Shown here piece after piece: positions 32,652-42,400 of a stretch of 64,000 bases of DNA. The position numbers and the translations under genes are program-made. Below the pieces are notes generated by a model, which was not told the origin of the DNA, searched no databases, and worked only from the letters and a program-made list of their open reading frames with translations. The stretch's first letter is position 1, and every line of letters begins with the position of its first letter. The stretch spans positions 4,218,001-4,282,000 of the forward strand of contig NC_058369.1 of assembly GCF_018350175.1 (NCBI RefSeq). Reading direction: 5' to 3'. This DNA is from Felis catus (lineage: Eukaryota).

Positions 32652-35386
32652 TCCCAAGCAGGCTCCATGCTATCAGTGCGGATCCTGACTCGGGGCCCGA
32701 TCCCACAACCCTGGGGTCGTGACCCGAGCAGAAATCAAGAGTCAGATGCTCAACCAACTGAGCCCCCCAGGCGCCCCAGTCCTTTATTTTTCATATTGCT
32801 GGGCTATTACTTTGACTCTCTTGCTTTAAAATTTTCTTGCTCTTCTTTTGTCTACAAGCCCAGCTCCCTCCCTTCTGGGTCCACCAGCAAATAGTGCAGA
32901 AGAGAGGGGTCTTCAGCTCGGGCAGGCAGCCTGATGCACCTGTTGAGTTTTCAGGGAGGTTCCCCCTTTATATGAAATCCTGGGATCTGAAGACGGGGCA
33001 GAAAAGCTCCTGCCCCCACCCAACCACATCTTGGTGCCACGACCACGCTCGGTGGCCATGCCAACAAGAAGCCCCAGGAAGGTGGCTGGGTCTCCTCTGT
33101 ATCTTCAGTTTTCCCAGGTGTCTTAGCTGGCCGGGGCTGCTGTAGCAAAAACACCACGAACCGGAGATTTATGCTTCCCCAGCTCTGGAGGAACTTTCCC
33201 AGGCGTCTGGGACCAACGTGCTGGCAAGGCTGTTTCCTTCTGAGAGCGAGACTCTGTGCCAGGCTTGGCCGCTCGTGGTTTGCTGGCCCCCTTTGGCGTT
33301 CCTTGGCCTGTAGACACACACCGCAGTTTCTGCCTCTGTCTTCACACTGATGTTCTCCCTGTGCATGCCTGTGTCCAGACGTCCCCTGTTTATAAGGATG
33401 CCGGTCATACTGGATCAGGGCCCATCCTGATGACCTCACTTTAACCAGATTTACGTGAAAAAGACGCCATCTCTGGATAAGGTCACATTCTGGGCCGTCG
33501 GGGGTTAGGACTCCAACATGCGACGGGGGTGGGGGCTCACCTCAGCCCACAACACCAGTTGTACGTGTAGCCGGCAGCACCCAGACCCAGACTCAGGACT
33601 GTAAGGGATTCTGTGAAGCTGCCGCCCCTATAGCTTGGGAAGGCCCAGAAGCAGGGGGGCAGGATAAAGACCGAGCAGCCATCCACGGCGTCCCCCGCGA
33701 AGGCCACGAGCCACCTGCCCGCCAGCACCTGGCCCTGGACGCCCACCCATGAGCGTTTGGTGAGACGTGTCGCAGGCGGGGCCGTGCACGCACGGGGCGC
33801 ATCTGCGGGCGCTGGCCCGGCCCTCCCCGGCCCCTGAGCTGGTGGCCACGCCTCTGTCCTTCTCCCCAGAACTACATCAGCTGCCATGACCCCGACAACG
33901 ACGCCCCTCTGAGATGGCCCGATGTTCCGTATCAGATCTTGGGAGGCCCAACAGCAAACAAGGTTATTTTTGACCAAAGGAACGGGATCTATGTCTTCTT
34001 CCTTTCTATCGTGGATCCCTACTACAGGTGAGCAGGGGCGGGTCGCCCTGCGCCAGAGGCCTGGGGGCGGGGGGATGGCTCCCCTAGGGCAGGTCACACA
34101 CGTGAGGGACCCACCTTTCTCCCACCCCTTGGCGTGTCCCGGATAAACACCAATTTTCCCGGCAGCCCAGACTGTCCCTGGGAAGGATGATACTTTTAAG
34201 TTCTGAAAGACATCTGTTCACTTGCTAAATAAGTCCTTACTCAGAGCCCATGCTGGGCGCTGGGGCAACAGCAATGACCAGCGGCCACGTCCCCGCCCTC
34301 GGGGACCAGAATCACCCCCGCAAACCACATCCCGCTGGTGGAGTGCAGGAGCTGACTCTTAAATATGCAGGGGTTTGGGAAGCTAACTGTCTTTGCACTG
34401 GTAGCCTGAGGTCAGCTACAGGGGGAGAATTCACACCATGGGAATCGGCGCTCCCTACAAATGGTTACCACCCCCGTGCGCGAGGACGTTTCTACGTGTG
34501 CTGGTCTGGATTATGAACGTCTCCCACCGGACGGGGCACTAGGGGACAATCCCCCGCATCATCTGTCCTCTCCAAATACAAAGTCCGCCTCTCTAAGCAC
34601 ATGGAGACCCTGCCTTCCCTTGAGAGCCCACACCCTGACCTAGGGGGGGCCAACTCTGGGATGGCCATGGGCGGGAGGCTTGGGGTGGCACATCCGGAGG
34701 AGAGAGGGGACTGCCTTCGAGCCCGTCACCTCCTCTCTCCGCACCGCGCTGCCAGCTGAACCCTGCCGAGTTCTCCTATACGCTGGGTCCCCTCTCCTGG
34801 GATGCCCTTCCCTCCTGGCCTGCTACCCCCGCCTGCTGGGTGCCTGTGGCCCCATCGTGCCCGCCCTCCGCTTCCGGTCAGCAACGGGTTGGTCTGTTTG
34901 CCTCTCTAGGTTGAGCCTGGGCACGGAGTTGAGGGGACACCCTGTCCCCAGAGGAGGGGAGGACAGGGATGCTGGGAGGGAAAACATGACTGTCGCCAAA
35001 GCACTCGGATACAAGCTGAAGTGAACACACATGGAACTCGGTGTCCCAGCCCAGCACCCGGGCCCCAACCATCCCGTCTTGGGTTTTAACACATTTACCG
35101 GGGTGAAGGGCAGTGCCCCATGGCCTCTCCCCAACCGCCCCTTTGCAGTTACTGTCACCTGGAGACCACCTTCAGCGTCTACGTCTACGGGGCCTTGCCC
35201 CCGTCCATCATCCCGACGACGGTCACCATCATCCCGCTCATAATGGCCATGCTGCTGTCCGTGTGGTCGGCCTACATGATCCCCAAACTGCTGCACACCG
35301 AGAAGGGCCTCAGGCTCAAGGAGTTCTGGATGAATCTGTGCAGGAGACTCAGAAATCTTTGCCCGTGTTTCCAAGGCAGGCGCTGA
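106..35386 (+). CDS. CATSPERD: Cation channel sperm-associated auxiliary subunit delta (TMEM146), 5'-partial; 18 coding exons (approx. exons 5-22), 688 aa in window
   Basis: Exons 106-220, 4220-4287, 6096-6209, 9540-9623, 11760-11910, 12792-12887, 15048-15130, 16356-16532, 17953-18066, 18830-18919, 19677-19735, 22950-23028, 24429-24481, 26966-27040, 27837-27965, 29568-29751, 33870-34027, 35149-35386. All are AG/GT bounded, and the phases join into one 2067-nt ORF. Peptides match recalled CATSPERD ([43 protein letters not shown], single C-terminal TM). Confidence 0.96.
733..935. mobile_element. MER20-like hAT-Charlie DNA transposon remnant
   Basis: GGTTTCTCAACC...ACATTTAGGGCCAGGTCATTCT...AAATGTCCCCAGACAT resembles the recalled MER20 consensus. 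Confidence 0.6.
1570..3095 (-). mobile_element. Fragmented old L1 (L1M-type 3' end) interrupted by a SINE
   Basis: Typical antisense L1 3' sequence (ACATTCTCACCAACGGTGCACAAGGGTTCCAG; TTTGCATTTCCCTAATGAT). Confidence 0.7.
2423..2612 (-). mobile_element. Can-SINE (SINEC, felid type)
   Basis: Antisense tRNA-derived head, (GA)n and T-rich tail; degenerate TSD AGAATGT(T/C)CT. Confidence 0.85.
3128..3815 (+). mobile_element. Three nested SINEC_Fc elements (heads at 3128, 3337, 3538)
   Basis: Three GGGGCGCCTGGG-initiated copies, each with (CT)n and an A-rich tail; TSDs visible (see findings). Confidence 0.93.
4220..4287 (+). CDS. CATSPERD: CATSPERD exon (approx. 6)
   Basis: ttttag|GT...GTG|gtgagt; [22 protein letters not shown]. 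Confidence 0.93.
4478..4698 (-). mobile_element. Can-SINE
   Basis: Antisense SINEC ending CCACCCAGGTGCCCC. Confidence 0.85.
4873..5075 (+). mobile_element. Can-SINE inserted in an L1 fragment (L1 spans approx. 4745-5525)
   Basis: SINEC head and tail; TSD-like AAAACTAAAACT on both sides. Confidence 0.8.
5849..6052 (+). mobile_element. Can-SINE
   Basis: GGGGCACCTGGGTGGCTCAGTC head, (CT)n, A tail. Confidence 0.85.
6096..6209 (+). CDS. CATSPERD: CATSPERD exon (approx. 7)
   Basis: tccag|GAT...CAG|gtatgt; [38 protein letters not shown]. Confidence 0.93.
6544..6985 (+). mobile_element. MaLR solo LTR (MLT1-type)
   Basis: GTGTAACCTTACTTGGAAACAGGGTCTTTGCAGAT...AAATTTCCGTGGGTTTAAGCCA...CAGCCCCAGGAAAC. 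Confidence 0.75.
7322..7507. repeat. Degenerate (GATA)n tetranucleotide microsatellite
   Basis: Direct reading: AGATAGATAGAT arrays. Confidence 0.95.
7508..8155 (-). mobile_element. ERVL LTR (MLT2-type) and flank
   Basis: AGGAATTGGCTCACACGGTTATG...GCTGGAGAACCAGGAA...CACCCTCACAGACACACCCAGA matches recalled MLT2. Confidence 0.75.
8345..9097. mobile_element. Antisense MLT1-type LTR interrupted by a sense MaLR LTR (8656-9034)
   Basis: The outer element resumes after the insert. The inner element starts TGCTGGTTTGAATGTTTGTGTCCCTCC and ends AATGGACCAAGAC. Confidence 0.7.
9540..9623 (+). CDS. CATSPERD: CATSPERD exon (approx. 8)
   Basis: cacag|GCA...AAG|gtgagt; [28 protein letters not shown]. Confidence 0.92.
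9720..10242. repeat. (CCAT)n / (TCCA)n compound microsatellite
   Basis: About 500 bp of CCAT repeats with internal higher-order duplication. Confidence 0.95.
11760..11910 (+). CDS. CATSPERD: CATSPERD exon (approx. 9)
   Basis: ctcag|GCT...GCAG|gtgagc; [50 protein letters not shown]. Confidence 0.94.
12792..12887 (+). CDS. CATSPERD: CATSPERD exon (approx. 10)
   Basis: catag|GT...GCCA|gtgcgt; [31 protein letters not shown]. Confidence 0.92.
13065..13682 (-). mobile_element. MLT1-type LTR with inserted antisense Can-SINE (13303-13500)
   Basis: CTTTTTATAAGGATGCCAGTCATATTGGATTAGGACCCACCCTGATGACCTC...CTCCAAATACAGTCAC. Confidence 0.7.
14050..14286. mobile_element. MER20 DNA transposon remnant with an internal 20-bp tandem duplication
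   Basis: GTGTCTGGGGACATCCGTGG x2; ATCTACTGGGTAGAGGCCAGGGACGCTGCTTAACATCCTA; AAGGTCGAGAAACCCT. Confidence 0.75.
14790..14930. mobile_element. MER58-like DNA transposon fragment
   Basis: TCTGGCCTTTTACAAAAGAAGTTTGCTGACCCCTG terminal motif. Confidence 0.65.
15048..15130 (+). CDS. CATSPERD: CATSPERD exon (approx. 11)
   Basis: cctag|AT...AAA|gtaggt; [27 protein letters not shown]. Confidence 0.93.
15825..16059 (-). mobile_element. Can-SINE
   Basis: Antisense SINEC with (GA)n. Confidence 0.85.
16356..16532 (+). CDS. CATSPERD: CATSPERD exon (approx. 12)
   Basis: cttag|TTT...AAA|gtatgt; [59 protein letters not shown]. Confidence 0.92.
16581..16784 (-). mobile_element. Can-SINE
   Basis: Antisense SINEC ending CCACCCAGGCGCCCC. 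Confidence 0.88.
17100..17425 (+). mobile_element. Short SINEC followed by a young SINEC_Fc (17203-17411)
   Basis: The second copy is near-consensus with CpGs intact. Confidence 0.9.
17953..18066 (+). CDS. CATSPERD: CATSPERD exon (approx. 13)
   Basis: cccag|GTA...CTG|gtaagg; [38 protein letters not shown]. Confidence 0.93.
18830..18919 (+). CDS. CATSPERD: CATSPERD exon (approx. 14)
   Basis: accag|GCA...CTG|gtgagt; [30 protein letters not shown]. Confidence 0.94.
19677..19735 (+). CDS. CATSPERD: CATSPERD exon (approx. 15)
   Basis: cacag|AAC...CAG|gtacgc; [19 protein letters not shown]. Confidence 0.92.
19865..20230 (+). mobile_element. L1 3' fragment (L1MB-like)
   Basis: TTCCTCAAAACATTGAACATAGAATTACCATATG...GCAATCCCGCTTCTGGGT. 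Confidence 0.75.
20328..20771 (+). mobile_element. Two SINEC_Fc elements, the second inserted at the tail of the first
   Basis: Heads at 20328 and 20551; TSD AAAAAAATATTTAACT at 20534-20549 and 20756-20771. Confidence 0.9.
21290..22100 (+). mobile_element. L1 ORF2 3' end and 3' UTR fragment
   Basis: ORF 21326..21718 translates as an L1 ORF2 C-terminus ([26 protein letters not shown]...HHLTPVTMA...[13 protein letters not shown]). Confidence 0.9.
22118..22569 (-). mobile_element. Two antisense SINEC_Fc elements inserted in the L1 tail
   Basis: Heads at 22343 and 22569; outer TSD AATATGATATTG at 22085 and 22570. Confidence 0.9.
22950..23028 (+). CDS. CATSPERD: CATSPERD exon (approx. 16)
   Basis: cgcag|C...CTG|gtatgt; [26 protein letters not shown]. 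Confidence 0.93.
23325..23822 (+). mobile_element. L1 3' UTR fragment (L1MB/L1ME-like)
   Basis: CAACATGGATGGATCTTGAAGACGTTACGCTCAGTGAAAGAAG...GCTTAAAATGGTTAAAGATGGT...TATTTTACCAC. Confidence 0.75.
23823..24059 (-). mobile_element. Can-SINE
   Basis: Antisense SINEC; TSD-like TTTTACCAC on both sides. Confidence 0.85.
24429..24481 (+). CDS. CATSPERD: CATSPERD exon (approx. 17)
   Basis: cgcag|ACG...GAA|gtaagt; [17 protein letters not shown]. Confidence 0.93.
24629..24838 (+). mobile_element. Can-SINE
   Basis: SINEC with TSD AAATAGTTAAATAATG flanking. Confidence 0.88.
24958..25146. repeat. Compound (TTTTC)n/(CTTT)n polypyrimidine microsatellite
   Basis: About 190 bp of pure pyrimidine tract. 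Confidence 0.95.
25346..25545. mobile_element. MER63-like hAT DNA transposon remnant
   Basis: CAGTGGCGTGCTGGTAAATG...ACAACCAGTTCT terminus as recalled for MER63. Confidence 0.55.
25767..25990 (+). mobile_element. Can-SINE
   Basis: GGGGTGCCTAGGTGGCTCAGTCGGTTAAGC head and A tail. Confidence 0.85.
26085..26640 (+). mobile_element. Old L1 3' fragment
   Basis: AAAAATGGGCAAAAGTCTTGAACAGGCACTTC and downstream L1-like motifs. Confidence 0.65.
26966..27040 (+). CDS. CATSPERD: CATSPERD exon (approx. 18)
   Basis: tgcag|C...GAA|gtgagc; [24 protein letters not shown]. Confidence 0.93.
27837..27965 (+). CDS. CATSPERD: CATSPERD exon (approx. 19)
   Basis: cctag|G...ACT|gtaaga; [42 protein letters not shown]. 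Confidence 0.94.
28095..28427 (-). mobile_element. MLT1-type LTR
   Basis: AACAGCAGACAGTGATTCTCTCAGGGTTCCGGAGGCCAGAAG...CCACCTCCAAATACAGTC. Confidence 0.6.
29068..29275 (-). mobile_element. Can-SINE (older)
   Basis: Diverged antisense SINEC. Confidence 0.8.
29568..29751 (+). CDS. CATSPERD: CATSPERD exon (approx. 20)
   Basis: cctag|G...GAG|gtaggg; [61 protein letters not shown]. Confidence 0.94.
29865..30222 (-). mobile_element. MLT1-type LTR
   Basis: GGCTTATAACAACAGACATTTGTTTCTCACGGGTCTGGAGGCTGGGAGTCCAAG. Confidence 0.7.
30566..30584 (+). promoter_or_regulatory. CTCF motif in CATSPERD intron
   Basis: GCCGCCAGCAGGTGGCGCT matches CCASYAGRKGGCRS and sits in a small CpG-rich patch. Confidence 0.55.
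30637..30831 (-). mobile_element. Can-SINE
   Basis: Antisense SINEC. Confidence 0.85.
31290..31491 (-). mobile_element. Can-SINE
   Basis: Antisense SINEC ending CCAGGCGCCCC. Confidence 0.87.
32534..32777 (-). mobile_element. Can-SINE with expanded (GA)n microsatellite (32547-32650)
   Basis: Antisense SINEC with about 100 bp GA tract. Confidence 0.87.
33098..33552 (-). mobile_element. MLT1-type LTR
   Basis: TTATAAGGATGCCGGTCATACTGGATCAGGGCCCATCCTGATGACCTCACTTTAAC...AAGGTCACATTCTG. Confidence 0.75.
33870..34027 (+). CDS. CATSPERD: CATSPERD exon (approx. 21)
   Basis: cccag|AAC...CAG|gtgagc; [52 protein letters not shown]. Confidence 0.94.
35149..35386 (+). CDS. CATSPERD: CATSPERD terminal coding exon (TM helix and cytoplasmic tail)
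   Basis: tgcag|T TAC TGT...[56 protein letters not shown]...CPCFQGRR*. Confidence 0.93.
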
Positions 35387-35729
35387 GCGCACAGCGGAGG
35401 AGCCCAGAGTTGTCTTAAAACAAAGCATTCTGGAAAAAAGCCAGCGGCAGCGCGTATCAGGTGTGGTTTGTTTTCCCGACACCCACCGTCACCGTCTCTC
35501 TCCACGTCCTCACGTCAGAGTTCCTCTGCACGTGGCACCTACATGGGCTGGGACAAGAGGTGGGCAGGCCGGTGACATAAACCAGCACAGGCATCGGGGG
35601 GACAAGAGGCAAGTCTCCGAAAAGCAGGAGACGCGGCAACGTGTCCTGTAGAGGACAAGGCCCAAGTACAAGTGGGGGGATGTCTGTAGGAGACCGCGAC
35701 CTGCGGGATTGCATTTCCTGGGTACAAAC

Positions 35730-36032
35730 CCTAACGTGTATACAAACACGTACACGTGTGTTTTGCTATGTGCACGAACATGTCGGGCAGATTTCGCATG
35801 TGTACGTGTATACCTGGGACTCGTGTGCGTACGTATGCACGTGTCCACGCATGTGCGTGCAATGCACGTATACACCCATAGCGTGTATTCACCCAGGTTA
35901 CACACACACGGGCACAGACCTATACACGTGTATAGACATGCATGCCTGTTCTACACAGGCATGTAGGTAGCACGTACACGTGTGCACAGACGTGTGCACA
36001 CGCGTATATACAATGTACACGGGTACGTGTAG
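35730..36032. repeat. Degenerate alternating purine-pyrimidine (CA/TG/TA) tract
   Basis: GTGTATACAAACACGTACACGTGTG...ACACGTGTGCACAGACGTGTGCACACGCGTATATAC. Confidence 0.75.
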
Positions 36033-37020
36033 TCTACCTACCCGTTCACCGGGGTTTCCCTCCCCACCCACCGCCTCATTCTGAACCCCAGGCGGCCTGG
36101 GACAGCCATCCCGTCCTAAGTCCCATGACTTTCCCGATTATTCTTAGGTGTATATTGTGGGCGTCCTCAGTTGTCCCAAACAGTCGCGATACAGTGGTGG
36201 GGAACCTCCACGCGCACACCTACCCCGCCCTCCCTGGGTGGGCGTCTCTTGGCAGCGGACATTTCTCCAAGGAAACCGAACCCCTCCTCTTACGTCATGT
36301 GCCAGGGCCTTCCCTTCACCGAATGCCCTGGAGTTTCGTCTCAAAGATACCCCAGATGGGGCTGCGGGGAGAGGGGACCTCAGAAGGAAGCTGGGCGAAG
36401 TGAGCTCCCGGCCTCTCTGTCCAGGCCCAGAACAGGGCCGGGCGGGTTAAGCGCAGACGCGGCCACACAGCCCGCAGCACGGTCCCAGCAGCTGTCTCTC
36501 CCCCGAGCTTGGGAATGAGGGTTCAGGGAAGGGGGGCCCACGCCAGCCACCCCCAGGGCTACCCCGGCAGAGCCCAACAACGAAGGTCCCAGGGACCCAG
36601 CCCAGGCCCTGGGGCAGGAGGTTCCCTTCCTCCTCTGCAGGGGGAGAACGCGGGGGGTGGGGGGAGGCCTCATCTCCCACCCCTCTCTGGGCAACCCGTT
36701 CACCACTCGGGCAACAGATCCTTACAGAAACGGACGGCATCTCCCCACCTTCCAGAAGCGCCCATCCCTGCAGGCTGACTCCCAATTTTCCGGGGCTCGG
36801 AGAGGGGGGGTTTAGGATTCCCCGGGACTCTAAGCCTCCGCAGCTCAGCTCTGGAAGCCCAGCACCCAGGAGGCGCCGAGGGGCTGCTGGGCCTTCGCGT
36901 GCGAACCAGCGCCCCCGCGACAGGACGGAGGAGGGGACAGCCCCCCACAGCCAGCCTCAGCCCACCGGCCCCGGGCCCTGATGCGACCGAGCCGACAGTG
37001 AGCCGAGGGGTCAAATCCAT

Positions 37021-38874
<1,854 letters not shown>

Positions 38875-39340
38875 TCAGAGTCCTACAGAGTTCTGTTTGC
38901 CTGGTTACTCTGGGCAGCGGGTTCCAGGCTGCGGCCCGCCCACTGGTCGGGATTCCGGCGTCAGGGGTTGTGGGGGGGACGGCCAGAGACAGGCCTCACA
39001 GACGGCAGGGCAGACCCCGGACTCCCATGTGCTGCCTCCGGCAATGCTCTGGACTGCTCCAGAGCGCCTTCCTCCAGGCAGCCCGCCCGGACCCAAACCC
39101 ACGCAGGCCGAGGCCCCCGCCTCGTGAGCCCTTGTGCCTTCCTTGCGGTTTGAGCCTCTCTGGGCGGCAGCGGCGGGCGGCACAGGGCTGGGCCCATGGG
39201 GACGGCCGGGGACTCTCGCGGATGAGAAAGAAAAGGGAACCGAGGGGGACAGGGACGGCCCGGTGTCGAGACAAAGCTGACCGGAGCGGGACGGGGAAGC
39301 CTCGGGGTGACAGAAAGGCCTGGGTTTTAAAAGAATAAAA

Positions 39341-39346
39341 TTTATT
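39341..39346 (-). terminator. DUS3L polyadenylation signal AATAAA
   Basis: TTTATT on the + strand, 60 nt after the stop codon. Confidence 0.8.
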
Positions 39347-39406
39347 GTCTGCTCACGCAGCAGGAGACCCCGCTGGGCCCTCAGACGCCCCTTCCCACCC
39401 CCACGA

Positions 39407-39479
39407 CTACTTGTACGCGTTGGCCTTGTGCTTTGGCAGAAAGACGAAGTTGGGTGGCACGGGTCCCAGCAGCATCTCA
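39407..39479 (-). CDS. DUS3L: DUS3L terminal coding exon
   Basis: [23 protein letters not shown] (TAG). Confidence 0.94.
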
Positions 39480-42400
39480 CTGCGAAGAGGGCAGAGGGCA
39501 GAGGGCAGGGTCAGGCCTGGGGCCCCCTGACCCCCCCAGCCGTCCACACCGCGGCACCTCGGTTTCCTGGCACCTGATTCGGATCCAGTCGGCCGCCTTC
39601 TGGCTGGCCATGAGCGTCTCCAGGTAGTTGCGGCCCAGGTAGTAGGGCGGCCGCTCGTTGATCCTCTGCGGGAGCCGCTCCAGCAGGCCCACGGGCACGT
39701 ACCTGCAGGTGGCGGGCGTGGGGTCAGGCCAAGCCGTCCACCCACAGCCCCCCAAGCCGCACAGCGCGGGCGCCCACCTGCACAGGAAGGAAAGCCACTC
39801 GAGGAGGAATCGCCGGGTCTTCTCCACGCCCTGCGTGTCTGAGCCCCAGTGCTCCAGGCCGTAGCGCGTGAAGTCCTGCAGGATGGCCAGGCGCTCGGAC
39901 GACGAGATGTCCCAGTGCCGCTGCTCCTTGATCTCCGTGAACAGCCACGGCTTCAGCAGGGCACCGCTGCGGGCGGGCAGGGCAGGGGGCCGTCAGGACG
40001 GAGCCCTGGTCCCTGCCTCGCAGCTAAGCTCACCCGACCACCAAAGCCCAAGAGTGCCAGCCCACGCAGGCGCGAATGCCCGGTCCCCTCCCGACCGCCG
40101 CCAGCGGCCGGGACCCCATCTCTCCGCCCTGTGTCCTGGCAGAGCCACCTGCTGGGGACGGAGAGCGGGGGGGAACGAGGCAGCGAGGCTGGGGGCGGCG
40201 GCGGCTGTAACAAAGCTCGGGTGCGCCGGCGCCTTCCCCACGCTCTGTGATACTTCCACGCACGGAGCACACTCACCGGGCGATCATGATCCCGGCGACG
40301 CCAGTCTGCATGGCACGGTTGGCATCCTCATACGACAGGATGTCCCCGTTTCCTGAGGGACAGAGGCCGGGGTCTCAGGGAGCTGCGTGTCGATGGGAGC
40401 TCTGGGAGAGCTCCTGCCAGCCCAGCGACACCCACGGGGGCAGGGAAGGGTCCCGGCGGTGAGGGGGGGCGGGGAGGGGGGTCCAGGCATGCGGCCCGAG
40501 AGAGAGCAGGGCTGGCGGGAGGGCTGAGCCAGGTGGCGGGGGACCCACCGAACAGGGGCATGGGGCTGGCCGCTGTCACGCACTGCTCGATGTACTGCCA
40601 GTCAGCCAGCTTGGTGTAGCGCTGCTCCCGAGATCGGCCGTGGAGCTGAAAAGGAAGCCACGGCGCGGGGAGGGAGGACCCAGGAGGCGGAGAATCAGAC
40701 ACAGAGAAAGAGACCCAGAGAGATCAAGAGGGACGGGCTGAGAGGGAGAGACAGAGAGACAAAGAGACAGACGGAGACAGAGATGAAGGGAGAGCCAGAG
40801 AGCAAGAGGGAGAGACGGGCAGAGAGGGACCATTAATTAGGAAGGGCGGCCGAGCGCTCCCGCGGCCCCGACACCCTCTGTGCCCCGAGACCCACCGTGA
40901 CCAGGGCCGCGCCCCAGTCCCGCAGCTCGGGCAGCAGCCGGTGCGCCAGGTTCACGCGCTCCTGGACGCCCGTGCGGATCTTCACCGTCAGGGGCACGTC
41001 CAGCACCTGCGGCGATGGCTACAGTCAGCGGGGCCCGGGGCTGGGCTGGGCTGGGGACAAGGCAGGGACGTCGAGGCGCGTACCTGGTTCATGCCGCGGA
41101 CGATCTGCTGGAACTTGGCCGAGCGGTTCATGAGGGCACAGCCCCCGCCCTGGGAAAAACGGGCGGCTGGAGCAAGGGAGGCCGGGACGCAGGCCGGGCC
41201 TGACGCCCTTCTCAGCCTCTGCTGCCCAGACGGGCAAACCGAGGCACAGAGATGCCCGCGGGTCTCCAGGGACTCGGCAGGGGGCAAGGCCAGATCCCAG
41301 GCTTCTGCCCCACCCACACCGTGGGGGTCCAGGGCCGAGCGGCCGTTACCTTCTTGTACACGAGGTCAATGGGGCACCCGACGTTGATATCCACGAAATC
41401 CACCTCGATGGTGCGGTTGAGCAGCTCGGCGCACTTGGTCATGGTGTCAGGGAAGGCGCCCTCGAGCTGTGGCAGGTGGTGAAGAGTTGGTTCAGACCGC
41501 CCCCGCCCACCACGGGGATCCGGACAGCAGCCCCGTCTTCCCGCAGTGGCCCCGGGCCAAGGCCCTCAGCCCTTGACAGGGCATCGGGTCAGCGCTCCGG
41601 CCCACGGCTGAGGCAAGAGGGGTCTGGGAGTGACTGAGTCGGAGATCCGGCCCCGAACCCTGCTCGAAAACCAAGCAGCCAAGAGCCCCTCGGCCCTTCC
41701 CGCCTCCCTCCCTCGGGCAACACCCACCTGGACGCCAAAGACATCCTCGCACTGGTGGCGTCTGAGCAGAGCCCACTCGGACGTCTGGCCCTGCAGCAGG
41801 TTGGTGCACACGGCCATCTCCCCACACGTCACGTCGGCCCCGAAGCGCTTACAGATCCGCCGGAAGGGCAGGTTCCCGCACTGGGGGGCGGCGGGGGGAG
41901 ACGCACACACGTGAGGACGCGGCAGGTGGGGACCCCGGCCGCCCGCCCCAGCCCCAGGACCCACCAGGCAGGGGAGGTCACTCGGCACCGTCGGGCTGAC
42001 CTACCGTGGTGAGGGGGGCCAGGTACAGTTTGCCGTGGATGTCCAGCTGCAGGGCAGAAAACACAGGGAAGCTCGCCCCTCCGGCCGGGCTGGCGAGGGC
42101 TCTGGAGCCTCCCCTCTCCCCGGCCTAGCACCTGCCCTGCCCTGCCCTGCCCCGCCCGGCAGCGCCCCCCTCCGCGCCTCAGCACACGTCAACGCACCCC
42201 TCCACGAGGACCGCTCCGTTCTCCGCGCGCTCCTCTGCTGCAGAGCTCCGACCCGACTGCCAAAACCCCACCCCGATGCCCCTTCCTGCAGGAAGCCTTC
42301 CCCTCTGCCTCCCTCCGTCCCAGCCCTGACTGTCTGTCCAGCTCTCTCTGCCCCCGCCGCTACCGGTGCCCCGAGCAAGAAGCCCGAAACACGTACCTTT

